A stretch of DNA of 63,358 bases, filler included, from Cercozoa sp. M6MM (taxonomy: Eukaryota; Protista; Endomyxa: Ascetosporea), in assembly GCA_040357565.1 (NCBI GenBank). It is 11 parts of 11 records of this genome, joined end to end, with 100 filler letters (N's around TTAATTAATTAA, not from the genome) between each part and the next. Parts side by side here need not be neighbours in the genome. Positions count along the whole stretch, not along the records: positions 40,455 to 44,482 come from JBDODJ010001239.1; positions 44,583 to 49,123 come from JBDODJ010001112.1; positions 49,224 to 52,758 come from JBDODJ010001415.1; positions 52,859 to 54,119 come from JBDODJ010002095.1; 7 more parts are not named here. The stretch is one strand, 5' to 3'. A model generated the notes under the pieces. It did no database searches. It was not told the DNA's origin and worked only from the letters and a program-made list of their open reading frames with translations. Both the position numbers and the translations under genes were made by a program. Below are positions 40,514-52,906 of this stretch, piece after piece (position 1 is the stretch's first letter; every line of letters begins with the position of its first letter).

Positions 40514-43460
40514 CAGGAACGTCGGTTCGCGCAAAAAGTCCGAACTGCTCGATTCCACTTCGGTACGCATCGTGCTGCAATACCAGGGGGGTAAGACTCT
40601 TTACAGTGGTAAATAGGAGGGTAAATGGGAAGGGGTAAGGGGGTAGGGGTAAAGGGGGGGGGGGGTACACCCGGAGGCAAGCTGCGCAGCACGCAGTAGC
40701 GTCGGTAGCAGCGCCGATTGAAGTCTTTGTAACTCTTGCTGTTCTGCATGTGCCTCACCTGTGTCTCCTCGCTTCGAGTCAGCTCATACGCCGGTCGCAG
40801 TCTGCAATGCTTCAGGGTGTAGGGGTTAAGGGGGTCGGGTAGGGGTTAAGGGGGAGGGTAGAGTGGTAAAGGCGTAGGGTGTAAGGCTTAAGGGGCAGGG
40901 GTAGGGGTTAAGGGTGCAGGGTGGAGGGTCAAGGGTGCAGGGTTTATGAGGGTACGGGTCAAGGGGCTAAAGGGTGTGCGTGGGGGGGGGGGGGTAAAGC
41001 TCAAAGCACGAGCAGTGCCGCAGCGGTCGACCGTTCTGCTGCGCGTACTCCAGAAGAAACGTCTCACACACTCGCTCCGTACCCTTAACCAAAAAATACA
41101 AAAATTTAAACACATTATTTATACTAACACTGCGCTAAGGACTGATTGGACACACCATCAGCAGGAAACGCGGATTTCCCTGCACTTTCCAGTCGCCTAA
41201 GCGCCTCAAACACTCCATTCAACAGCAGTCAAAAACAAAATGACTCATGTTTTGTACGCTCTTCCGGATCATCGTCAGTCTCCTCGAAACTGCATCAGAA
41301 CGGTTCAAAACACTGCAGGCACACCACACACGCAAAACGTACATTTCAAGCGGAGGGATTTCTGCATTTTCCGGACTCTCGGCTTCGATTACGCTCGAAC
41401 TGAGCCGGACGCGGAAAGGCCGAACGCGTCGGCTTGACTGCAGCGGCGCCACGTCAAAGTAATACAGCAATCGACTCAAGCACAGCAGTCGGTCTGAGCA
41501 AAAGAAACAGAGCACTCACAGATGAGAAACGCCGTAAAATACCAACAACTCTCAAACAAAGAATTAAGATTGTACGCGTGGCCTTATCGCAACGTCGGCC
41601 TGAAGGCTCGCGAAACTTATCCTGTCAGACACTGAGAGTGCATCACACGCAGAGTCAGGCCAATTGGTAATACCGGAAGTTTTTGCAAATTGATCGATCC
41701 GTCCGCGTTGATGCATTGCAGCAAGTCTGCAAATTCCACGCGAAAATCGTCGAAAAATCGAAAGCGAGCGGCAGAAACGGTCGCATAACGGCGAGTGGGT
41801 ACATTCGCAGTTATCCGCGCGCATGCGCTGCTTCCGAAACTCCATCACCGATGACGCGAACGGTTTCTGTAGTTTCTCGTTTTTGCATTCACTTCAAACT
41901 GCGAAAAGGTGTTTACGGGCACATCGAGCACGTGCACATGCGACAGATCGGCATTCTGTGCAGAACAGGGGTAAGCGAAGAGGGGGGGGGGGGGTTGAGA
42001 ACNNNNNNNNNNNNNNNNNNNNNNNNNNNNNNNNNNNNNNNNNNNNNNNNNNNNNNNNNNNNNNNNNNNNNNNNNNNNNNNNNNNNNNNNNNNNNNNNNN
42101 NNGGGGGGGGGGAGGGAGGGAGGGGGGTAAAAGGGCCAAGGGGGATAAAACGCATCGTTTACGTTTTTGGCAGCAGCGACGGCCGACACACACTGTGAAT
42201 TCACCGCGGGGTCGTGCATGATCGGACTGATCAAACAACAAAACTCAAAACAACAAAACTCAAAACATCAAAACAACAAAACTAAAAAACATCAAAACAA
42301 AAACAAGATAACAAAACAACAAAAACAACAAAAGCAACAAAACAACCAAACAAAACAATAAAAAAACAACAAAACAATAAAAAAACAACAAAACAATAAA
42401 AAAACAACAAAACAAAAACAAAAAACAACAAACAACAACAAAAAAATCAATGCAAAAACAAGCAACAACAAACACAAAAAAGCAAAACAAAAACAACAAC
42501 AAAAAACAAAACAAACAACAAACACAAAAACAACAACACGAGCGAACTCACATTGCGCGAAAAAACAAGCCGTATTCTTCGATCACTTTGGCGAAGTACT
42601 GCCGCTCGTCTCCGCACCTAGTTTTCACCACGACCAGATCAGCCACGCGGATGGCTTGACTGTCGTCGTTGGCCGTCGGTACACGCGACTTGTACACATC
42701 TCGCAGCTACAGAGCATTCCTTTACCCCCCCCCCCCCNNNNNNNNNNNNNNNNNNNNNNNNNNNNNNNNNNNNNNNNNNNNNNNNNNNNNNNNNNNNNNN
42801 NNNNNNNNNNNNNNNNNNNNNNNNNNNNNNNNNNNNNCGACTGTTATCAGGACTGTACCTTGCTCTCAAAGTTATGAGCCCGCCAGCCAGCTTTCTCGAG
42901 CACTGCTTCGCGAAACGACTCGTACAACTCCTGGTGCGTATTTTTCTGCGTCCGCGCGGATGTCTCAACTTCATGCAACTGGGAGAAAATGACAATACCA
43001 GGAATTTTAACCGTCGTTCAAAGACCTTGCGCGACGGTGCAGCGTACAGCGCCAAACACATGTCGTAGTACTACGGAAATCGGTGCATTTTGGCGCCCCC
43101 CAAACCGTCAAGAATGGAACCAAAAAAGTACAATATCAAGCCACATCAGCCCGGCCAGTAATCACGCCTTTCGAAGCAATCAGAACTGCATTCCAAACAA
43201 AACGATCCCTAGCACAACCAGACTGTGATTGCCTGGCCATAGTGTCTCCCAGACTGCTTTAATATTGATTCTGTCAAAAATTAAAAAATAAATAAAGTTC
43301 AGTAAGCGCCAGTTTTGCAATCCAGGCACAGTCCGATGGTGCTGATTTTGCGCATTGAGGTGCATTCGATTGATTTCGCGGAACACGAGTCGTCCCTTCT
43401 ACCGGGTTGTCACAAGCTGCATCGAGCTGTCCAAACGATTGAACGTTACTAGCCACGGCA
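40514..43460 (-). CDS. Hypothetical multi-exon protein(s) (partial; boundaries uncertain)
   Basis: Open exons with GT-AG boundaries, e.g. KNTHQELYESFREAVLEKAGW, IRVADLVVVKTRCGDERQYFAKVIEEY, NSKSYKDFNRRCYRRYCVLRSLP. Confidence 0.45.
42235..42540. repeat. A/C-rich low-complexity tract (degenerate CAAAA/CAACAA), probably intronic
   Basis: Read directly from the sequence. Confidence 0.9.
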
Positions 43461-44451
43461 TCTTTGCGATTGCAGGACGACCAGACACATCTGAATGAAT
43501 AGAGCTGCGCGAAAAGATCAGCGAACGCTTGAACGAGTCGCATATACTGGTGCGCATATACCGGTTCTTAACTCGATCCTCGGACTCAGCGGCATGTGCT
43601 CTTCGCGCAGCAAGCGCCAGGCGCTGCAGGGGTTGTTCGTGTGCCGCAGCCGTGCACTGCAGAGCTTCGTCAGTCTCACACGTAAGCTTACATTGACCAC
43701 GATGCGGTACCATAGTTCTCGGGCAGCAGGTAGAAATATCGGTAAATTCACAAACGGTCGTGGCCAGGCGCGCTCCCGAAGTAGATAGGGTACTGGCATG
43801 GGACTGTTCCTTCACCCAGGTCCGCAGTTTTTCCGTCGGAGGTGACTTTTTGATCGGTGACGCGCGGAGAAGCCACGCAGTGCACCGACATATCGTATGT
43901 TGATTGTGAGATTGTCACTGTAGTGAAGACGACTAAAAAAAGTAAGAATGTCAGGTCGTTTTTAGTGTTCGGTTCGTTTGGCGTCTCAAAAACCCTCTTA
44001 CCTGCTCAAGATACGATAGAGCAAGGCTGCTTTCGCTTGGTGTCAACAAGCACGGTATCCTTTGACGTGAGGTACCTGGTATTGGAAAGAGGGCCTGACT
44101 ATGATGACGCGAGGTCTGAACGGAAAGAGGAGCTGAAGAAAATAGTCAAGCTAACGTTCGGTTTGATTCCGGTCGCTTTGGAAGGAACAGCCAGTCGGCT
44201 CAAGCAGTTCCGGAGGAGATTCTCCCACTCCGTCAAGACAAAGGCGCCGTAGGCCTCTCGTCCAAGTCATCTGAAAGCGTGTACGGCAATACCGCAAATC
44301 ACCAGACCCCCCAAGAAAGCCAAAGTTGCTTTACCTGTGATTCCTGGAGTCGAAGCTGCCAGTCTCTCCTGCACTGCGCCTACACAAACACATGTGTGTG
44401 CGTGTGTGTGTGTGTGTGTGTATGTGTGTGTGTGTGGTGTGTGTGTGTGTG

Positions 44452-44482
<31 letters not shown>

Positions 44483-44651
44483 NNNNNNNNNNNNNNNNNN
44501 NNNNNNNNNNNNNNNNNNNNNNNNNNTTAATTAATTAANNNNNNNNNNNNNNNNNNNNNNNNNNNNNNNNNNNNNNNNNNNNCCCCCCCCCCCCCCCCCC
44601 TCGATCGCTTTATTGTCGTTACGGTCGCCTTCCTCTTGTCGTTCTCTACAG

Positions 44652-45192
44652 ATGACGAGCAGGAGTATTCGTTGCTGTACGGACTCATCATTTTCGCTTT
44701 TCTGGGCGTGGCTGATGTGCTCTTCTCGGTGGCCTACCCGTGCCTGGCCTACGAGGCGGTGAGTTCTTTCATCCTGTTAATTTCCTTTGCTAATTTACTC
44801 TGCTAATTTACTCTGCTAATGATTTTACAATTGTCACACCAGGCGCCAAAGTCGATGAAGGCCGTGTCGCCGGCGCTGTTCGGCATGGCACTTGGCTTGG
44901 TAATTGTCCAGCCTAACTCTTTTCCCGTAGGGTTACCTTGCTTCTGGTTTCAGGGTGCTCTGCTGTCTGCCGGATACAATGCCACCATTCACCGCGCACT
45001 TATCGATGCGCAGTACACGTCACTCTCCTTCTTGCTGCAGGTACACTTCTCCTTGGCTTCTTCCCTTTAAGCTCTTAATACACTACTGCTGCATGCACGC
45101 AGGCTTTCCTGCTCGTGGTTGTGCTGCTGCTGACGCGTCACACCGTGCGGAAACACGACCTGGCGCGCCAGCTTGCCGAGGTGGCCGGCTAG
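44652..45192 (+). CDS. POT/PTR (SLC15) peptide transporter, C-terminal part
   Basis: SLLYGLIIFAFLGVADVLFSVAYPCLAYEAAPKSMKAVSPALFGMALGLG matches the POT TM10-11 Y..APxSMK motif. Confidence 0.75.
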
Positions 45193-45674
45193 CGTAATAG
45201 CCGCCCTAAGTCAGCTTAACGTCTATCAACTCGAATTAGCCCCCAGTAGACCAAACTAAGCTTACGCCAAAACAACAAAAGCCAGGGACCCAACCAATAT
45301 CAACAACAAGAACAACACAATAACAACAGCAACAACAAAAACAACAACCACCACCGAACTGAATGCAGGAATTGTTCAAGCTTCGACTTCGTATAGACTT
45401 CATACTCGAATTCGAGTTCGTCGGACAGTTGCGCGCGGAGTTAAATTGACCTCGTGCTTCCTCGGTTGTTTTTGCCGTCGCCCCGCCAACCCGGGGCATA
45501 TCCCGGTAGTTAGCGATGAGTGGTATTAGTTGTACATTTTTGTTCCAAGCACGCACAGCAGTGTTCGAGGTTTATTGTCACGGAATGGAAGAAGCCGTGC
45601 CATGTGCGTGTTTGCGAGTTTCATCACGCACATCTCGCTTAGAGATTCAATTCAGTCCATCGCATGTGCTAACC

Positions 45675-46894
45675 TTAGTAGGTGCGCAGCGTACGAACGC
45701 TATGGGAGTCCGCGAAGCGTTCCAGACCTTTTTTGAAGTGGGGGTAGAGCAGACCTTTTGCCACCTGAAGCAAGGAAGCAGCGTTTCAGTCAAAGCAAAG
45801 TTGAGTTCGTGTATAACGGGCCATTCATTACCTGAACCGCAGCATTCTTGTCGCGCAGCATCTGCAGCAGGCATAGGGCGAAGGGCACTGCAGTGGAAGG
45901 ACCTTGGGACGTCACTAAATGTATAAGTTATATTTAAACTTACAGTGCAGCTTTCGCAATGGCAAACACTTACAGACTTTTCCATCGGCGACAACGGATG
46001 CATCGATGAATGTGGCGCTTCCAGGAAGCTTCTTCTTGGTGCTGGGGTAGCATGTGCACTGGACGACAAAGGAAATATGTAAATTTAGTTTTCAAGGCGG
46101 TTAAATTCCAACAAAACAAATTTACGCTCTTGTTGTCCAAAATGCCGAACTCCTAAATTTTCAGACATCCCAACTCATCAGATCAAAGGGGCACCGGAGG
46201 GAGAAGCACACCTTAAATGCGAAGGCGGGAGACGCACAAATGGCAGCGAGGATCTATCGAGAGATAATGTGAGCTTGCATCACAACTGGCATTCAATGCA
46301 CCTTATGATGTGCTTTGTGACGGTGCACGATCGAGCGGAGGGAGTCGCTCTGAGCTCAAGAACGCGGTTGTTAGTTTACGTTGAAAATTATTTCTAGAAA
46401 AAGAAGGTCCAACTGACCTCAGCCAAGTGACGTGCCAGTGGGCATAATATAAACAATAATTTAAACAGCCAAAGGGATTTTGCAAACTGAGAATAATCAA
46501 GATACTCCAGGGAGTCCTCCAGGAAGCACCTAGGGAACGTTCGCGACATTAATATTCGTATTAAATGATGCAGATGCAAATTAGATTAAGTTAATTCTGA
46601 CTGAAGGACAGTCAGTTTCGCGTTCAAGAGTGACGTACCACAGCGTCGAAGAGATGCTCGTCGCTATCGAGATCATCGAGGAGCGCATTAGCATTCACGT
46701 GCAAGCCACGAGCAAGTGCGACCTCCTGCGATCGTTCTAATCTCTGCACAACTCAAGGGCGCTACAAAAGGAGGTACGCGATGGCGCATGGCCGATGCAG
46801 TTGTGACTGCCACGTCTCCGCGGTCTAAAACATCCGTGATCGAAGCAAGCTCCAAATCTTCGCTGCCGTCTGCGATTGCGACAAGGACTTTCAT
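45675..46894 (-). CDS. DJ-1/PfpI family protein (PARK7/YajL-like)
   Basis: MKVLVAIADGSEDLE..DVLDRG, DAVVLPGGLPG, ILAAICASPA (nucleophile Cys), TCYP, VVADGKVLTSQGPSTA, VAKGLL. Confidence 0.92.
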
Positions 46895-47613
46895 TTCTGC
46901 AAGCAGGGAGACTGAAAACTCTGCCAACTTGTTTCTTTGCAACTGGAAACTCACCTCAGAATTGGCAGATAAGCTGTAGATGCGTTGAGCACACGTTATC
47001 AACACAAAGAGCAGAGAAATTTGGTCTCAGACCGCAGAATTGGTCTCGTTTTTACATCCGCCTCGGGTCACCCACACCCGACAGACCCAGACCATTTTCG
47101 TGTGTTCACGAAGATCGATGCAGTCGTTGGCCCGTCTCGCTGTAGGAACGCAACGAACCCGACGCAAACCACCCTCTAGTAGTGGATCGACTTTCGCGCT
47201 GCTACATACTAAATTTACTGATTTGGCTTGCTACCGCAGCCGGCCTTAAATTGAGGGTACGTTGCCAGTTATACAAAGAAACTAAGGAGCGTAAGAATGT
47301 CTGTTCTTGAAGGGAGATTGAAACCCCAACGGTTCGTTGGCCGGCAAAGCACTGGTGAACGGGAAAGACACCCGTTAGATGTTTTTATTGGGTTGGCGTG
47401 AAGGAAGGAAGAAGAAAGAAGAAGGGAGAAGGGGAAGGTAGAAGCGGAGACAACGAGTCTCGAGAGCCCTTCTTTGAGTTCAGCTGCAAAGGCTTCCCTA
47501 CGCGAATAGCGTTCCACAGTCCGGACTGAAGCTCTGAGGTCAGCACACCCACCAATCTTCTTGAGGTTTTTGTAACTGAAGCTTAAAATGGCTTCCGCGC
47601 GGATACAGTAGAT

Positions 47614-47679
47614 CATGCTGTAACAACCAGTAACTAAGGCATTGAAGACGACTAAATAAAAGAAGTAAAACGTCGGTGA
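47614..47679. repeat. Dispersed repeat copy (matches 11200-11255; shares CATGCTGTAACAA with 1911-1923)
   Basis: Alignment by eye. Confidence 0.65.
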
Positions 47680-48184
47680 GAACGGCGTCGATGCGGAGGA
47701 TTAGAAGACATACCCTTGTAAATTTAGAAGGGGTCCTCGAAAGCTCGAAGGCTGGCTCATTGATGGCAATTAAAAAGAACAGCCCAAACACTGCAGTCAA
47801 AGTGCGTGAGCTCTAGAAAGCTTGACCCGAGCTAAGTCAGGTCTAGCAAAACAAACCCTTCCTATTAACCACACTGGTTCAGATTTGATCGTCCGCTGAC
47901 GAGTAGTCAGATCACAACGGTTATATACAAAAAATTGACTAACACGAGCAAACTGCGACAGATCAGCTGTTCCGGTATGGTCGAGTTTGTCGTGTTTCTT
48001 CAATCAAGCACGTTTTGGGGATACGGGACGAGGGCTCCACCTTGCGAGTAGTCTGTGTGTGTCACACGTTTTGGTTGTTTGTTCGGTCGGGCTTGCATTG
48101 CAGGCCCGCCCAGTCTGTACAGTGAGTGAGTGCGTGCGTGTGTTCTGTCTCGCCAGGGAGCACACCTTGTCCAGGAATTTGCTC

Positions 48185-49087
48185 TTAGTTGGCGCCGCAG
48201 CACTTCTTGAACTTGCGGCCCGAGCCACAGTCTGCGAAAGAAAAGGATGCACACAAACTGAAAATGTGAGAGAAGATAACTACCGCAAGGAGCGTTGCGT
48301 GCGCCCTTCTTGGGCGCATCCTCGCGCGCGTGGATACGGATACCGGCACGCTTCGCAATGGCTTGAATCTTCTCCTCCTGCTTGCGCTCGAACTCGTCTG
48401 CAGAACAGCACTCATTTTGTTAAGACTAATTTTCGAAAGGCTGCGGATAAGCTTTGAAGCGAGAGAACTTGCTAAGGCAGCGAGAGCTACCTCGTTCACG
48501 TCGCGTGGTCGGGAAACCGTTCGGCAGACGGATGAGCTCGTCGTTGAACAAGTGCTTGCGCACAAAGTGGATCTACCGGGGGGAGAGCAAAAGGGTAAAA
48601 CGACAGGGTGAGGGGGGGGGGGGGTAAATCAGCATGAGGCACCTTGAACTGCGAGCGCTCGAACACAAGGTTCTCGTACTCCTGCGAGAGCTCCGTGAAA
48701 CCTGCACAGAAGACGGGAGTAAGGGGGGGGGGTTAAAAGAGGGATGACGCGCATTAGTACCGGTGGTGAGTGTCTCAGCATCGAAGGTGTCGTCGCCAGC
48801 AACGCTGACTTCGACCTGTACGGAGGAGTAAAGAGGGGGTAAAGTGAGGGGGGGGTAACACAGGCCGTACGTTCTGACAACCGGCCCAGATGACTGAGTG
48901 GAAGTGCGCACGGTTCGAGAAACGCAGTGTGAGACCGTCCACCTGCGTAGCCACACAAGGCAGTACACAAGGCGGTACACAGTGTAGCCAAGCAGGTGTT
49001 GGTTAAGGCTGCAGAAGCTACCAAATCGGCCTGCACGGTCTTGATGCGCACGTCCGAGTTGACTGTCACGTTCTCGCATCGGAAGAT
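48185..49087 (-). CDS. Protein with C-terminal SEC-C zinc-binding motif; upstream part probably a C-CAP/cofactor-C-like beta-helix (5'-partial)
   Basis: Spliced C-terminus RLPNGFPTTRRERDEFERKQEEKIQAIA..KGARNAPCDCGSGRKFKKCCGAN*; upstream IFRCENVTVNSDVRIKTVQADL. Confidence 0.7.
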
Positions 49088-49256
49088 CTACGGGTCGGGG
49101 TAAAGGGGGGTAAAAGAGGGGGTNNNNNNNNNNNNNNNNNNNNNNNNNNNNNNNNNNNNNNNNNNNNTTAATTAATTAANNNNNNNNNNNNNNNNNNNNN
49201 NNNNNNNNNNNNNNNNNNNNNNNATATATGTGTGTGTGTGTGTGCAGTATTGAATG

Positions 49257-50103
49257 TATATGTACGTCGCAGGAGGTGGTGGTGGCGGCGGTGGCGGTGG
49301 TGGTCGCGTCACGATCGGTGCTGTCAGTACACATTTACAACTATATACTAACTATATACTTATTTATATATATATATCTATATATATATATTTAACTTAC
49401 GAGGCGGCGGTGTCGAAGGGTTGCGAGGCGGCGTCTAAGTAGACCAAGGAAACCAAGAGTGTAATAGACACACTGACACACTTACCCCAGGCACTTGGAG
49501 CGGCGTCTGGCCATCATCGCTGTCGCCGATGGCGATCACAAGCACCGGCACCGTGAGCTACAGTCATCGAGTCAGTTTACAGGTACAGCACAGGTACATA
49601 AGGGCCTTAGCAACTGTGCTACAGCAACTATCAGAAGCAGCATTGTGATGCCCACGGTCAGCAGAAGGCACCTGCATGTGCTCAGTTGAAATTGCATTGA
49701 GTGGATTCTTTCAGTTTTTTATTTTCCAGTTTCTTGTACCGCTTTCGGCCCAAAGGACAGTCCGCGCAGTACTCGTTAAAAATTCCACTCGAACTTTCGT
49801 CCGTGTAGTACTCAGAGCCACCATTGCTCTGATCCAAATCTGCTCCCGGCCCGGGGAAACGTGCCGCTGTTTCAGTTTCCTCAAATGTCTTATAACTTAG
49901 TTGAAACCGGTGATTTCAATCTGATACAAGACAACAGAACCGTACCTGCAGGCCATGAAGCCGGGCCAAAGTTAGCCGGACTTGGAGGTGGAGCGTACTG
50001 CGGAAATGGACACAGTTTAATGCAAACCGAACGTACCGCGTAATTTTAAGTTGACTGATACTGTCACACAATTTACCGGCGGTCGGTATGGCGAACGTGC
50101 CAT
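49257..50103 (-). CDS. Putative type II membrane protein with Pro-rich stalk, N-terminal part (3'-truncated)
   Basis: Spliced RKR-CLLLTVGITMLLLIVA-LTVPVLVIAIG (basic residues, then TM) followed by TPPP/poly-P exons. Confidence 0.45.
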
Positions 50104-50559
50104 GAGTGTACGTTTCTCCGCTAAAGTCACGCGATAGGTGAGGGAGCTTTACAACTAAATGCTCGGTTCAGTGGCGATAGCAGGCGGCGGCGGCATGACG
50201 AGTCACAGCAAAGTAGCGAAAGTGCGAACTCAAAACTGCAGGAGCGGGCACGCCAATACTGGTGACGCCTCACCAGTTTGGACTGCATACTGTATCGCCA
50301 TCTGAGCTGTAGACTCAATGGAGTAGCATTACCTCACTGCACCCGACCTTGCAGTAACGTCTGTCGGTCCGCGCGGAACAGTACAGACTGTACAGTTGAG
50401 TTTACCGTTAACTCACTCGACCATGGCCAAGTACTACTGTAATTTAGGGTCACTAAACTACTACAGTCGCACTACGATGACCTGATTAACGGAAACTGCT
50501 CAACGCGATGCGATGAGCCGACTAGCGTACGGTAGGACGGGCGTTCACGTCAGTCAGGG

Positions 50560-52147
50560 TCAGTACTCTCCACGTGAGCGATGACCCGTCGCGCTCACGT
50601 CAGTGTTACGAGTGGCAGTGCCGGTGGGCTTTGTCGTGGGAATCAGCGTGCCGTGTCCCTCGGGGTGATCGCCTGCCTCGCTTGACTGCTTGCGTACACG
50701 CAGCAGTCGCGCCGCCAGCGAGAAAGGCCGGGGTCGCCGGCGCGCCACTTTCGCCGCCATGTGCTGCTTGGTGCGCTCGTCCACCACGCGGCCTGCAGAG
50801 ACGGAAGAGGGTGTGATAACATGATGACGAAGGGAGTAAACGCGCACACCAGCAGTGTGATCGCAACTCTCGAGTGTGGTTGCGTCGCTACTGGCACGTG
50901 TCGGCGGCGGTAACTCAGCGGCCGATCTCTGCGGAGCCTGTGCCGACTGCATAAGCTGTTGCAGCAAATCGGCGTTGTCGTTCTGCTTTCGACGGCGCTT
51001 CGGTGGCTGTCCAAAAAGGGGAGGGCACTTGAGAAAGACACAAGCAAAGACACCAGCACAAGTACGAAAGAAAAGCTAAACTACCTCCTCGGAGACAGCT
51101 TCGGTTTCTTTGAGCACGAGAGGTTCCGCACGCGCACGCTTCGACACATTTCGCACTGGCTGTGTACTTTTTTCACCAACGTGCTTTGACTGTACCAACG
51201 CCTGATTTTGCTGCGTTTTCTTTTGCTTTTGCTTTTGCTTTTGCTGCTTTTGTTTTTGCTTTTGCTGCTTTTGCTTTTGTTTGTGTTGCTGTGGCTGTTT
51301 TTGTTGCTGTGGCTGTTTTTGTTGCTGTGGTTGTGGCTGTGGCTGTTGTTGTTTCTTTTGTTGCTGCTGCCGTTGCTTTGCTCGCTCCAGTGTATCGTCG
51401 CTTTCACTGTTCGGCTTTGATTGTTTCGAACTGTTGTTTTCGCGCTTGCGCTGTTCCTTTTGCCTCCGTCGTTTCTGTTTCACAAGAGTTGTCTAGAGGA
51501 AAGTGAAACAGAAGAAAGCACGAGTCAAGAACACCTCCTTTCGCAGTTTCTTTTGTCGCTTTCGCTCGAGCCTTTCGCTTTCAACGCTGCTTTCGCTTTC
51601 TTTCTCTCTGCGGAATTTTGTGATGTGAGAGAAGCGAGAAAAAAGGTTAAAACACACGTTTCGAAGAAATCAGATGCTTTCACTCGGAGTTCGACGCAGC
51701 CAAAAACATCGCATTCGACGTGCTCCTGCCAAGAAACGTTCACAAAAAAGAGAAAAATTAGCGCAGTCAAAGCGTACCAACAGCTGCTGCACGAGAAACT
51801 CAAAGCTGCGAGTGTCCACGATGGCGGCGACTTCACCTGTTTGACGAACGCGGAAGTGCAGCGCAAAGTCCTTCTTTCTGCATGGGGCAACAAAAAACCA
51901 CGTGCCAACAACAACTTGTGCAAAGACTCAACGCTCCCAATAGGTACCCACACTCGACGTTGGATAGTGTGCCAAGCGACTTTAGCGCCGTGGCACGCAA
52001 TTCGCCAAACGACGAGACGGCCACCCTCTTCGGTCGGGTCAAAAAATACCGTTGTTTGTGACTGGCAAAATTCAAAAGCTATCAATAATATTATTACCAC
52101 CGGGTGATCGTCTACGCGTAGCACTGCGCGCAACTGACCACTCATGC
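50560..52147 (-). CDS. Hypothetical protein: possible PB1-like N-terminus and Q/K-rich low-complexity region
   Basis: Exons SSFGELRATALKSLG and DFALHFRVRQTGEVAAIVDTRSFEFL; long QK-repeat exon 51190-51480. Confidence 0.4.
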
Positions 52148-52298
52148 TCAAATCTACGCCTACCCACTAGGTTGGTCAGGCTGCGATACTGTCGGAGCGC
52201 CGAAATACACAGAGTTTATTAAAAGTATCCTATCGCCAAAAGCTGCAGCAGCGTGTGTCTGTGTGTGATAAACCATTAGCAAGAACACAGAACTAAAG

Positions 52299-52690
52299 AT
52301 GCCTCTGATCGGTGCAATAGAGGCGGGCGGCACTTCATTCGTCGCCGCTGTTGCGTGGCTTTTCCTTGAGCCTTCTTTGCCTTGAGCCAAACTTTATTTG
52401 GCCCCTTAACCTTCTTTGGCCCCCTTAACCGTCTTTGGTCCCTTCTTTGGTCCCTTTAAGTACTGTCTTCTCTACAGAGACTCGGCTGAGCCGACACAGA
52501 TTCTGCATCGACTCGAGGTGCCGGTGCAGGAGAGTACTCCCAAGGTAGACACGTTTGCTCCCTTTACCCCCCTTTACCCCCTTTACCCCTCTCTAAACCC
52601 CAGGAAGTGACGCTGGAGTGTCTGCGTTTCTTGCGGAAGCACGACGTGGCGTCGCTCGGCGTCGCCTCCTTCGGGCCCATTGATCTGCGT
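52299..52690 (+). CDS. ROK-family fructokinase (bacterial ScrK/YdhR type), N-terminal part
   Basis: MPLIGAIEAGGTSFVAAVA ... LGVASFGPIDL, split by GT-AG introns. Confidence 0.85.
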
Positions 52691-52859
52691 GTGCGTTTTA
52701 CCCCCCGGGGTGCCGCGGGGGGGGGGGGGGCGGGGGGGGGGGGGGGGGGGGGGGGGGGNNNNNNNNNNNNNNNNNNNNNNNNNNNNNNNNNNNNNNNNNN
52801 NNTTAATTAATTAANNNNNNNNNNNNNNNNNNNNNNNNNNNNNNNNNNNNNNNNNNNNC

Positions 52860-52905
<46 letters not shown>

Positions 52906-52906
52906 G

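Noticed and set aside
42260-42659. Very hydrophobic or N/K/Q-rich ORFs
   Set aside because: Translations of a low-complexity A/C tract.
51162-51506. Cys-rich, metallothionein-like and poly-Leu ORFs on the + strand
   Set aside because: Antisense shadow of a Q/K-repeat exon on the minus strand.
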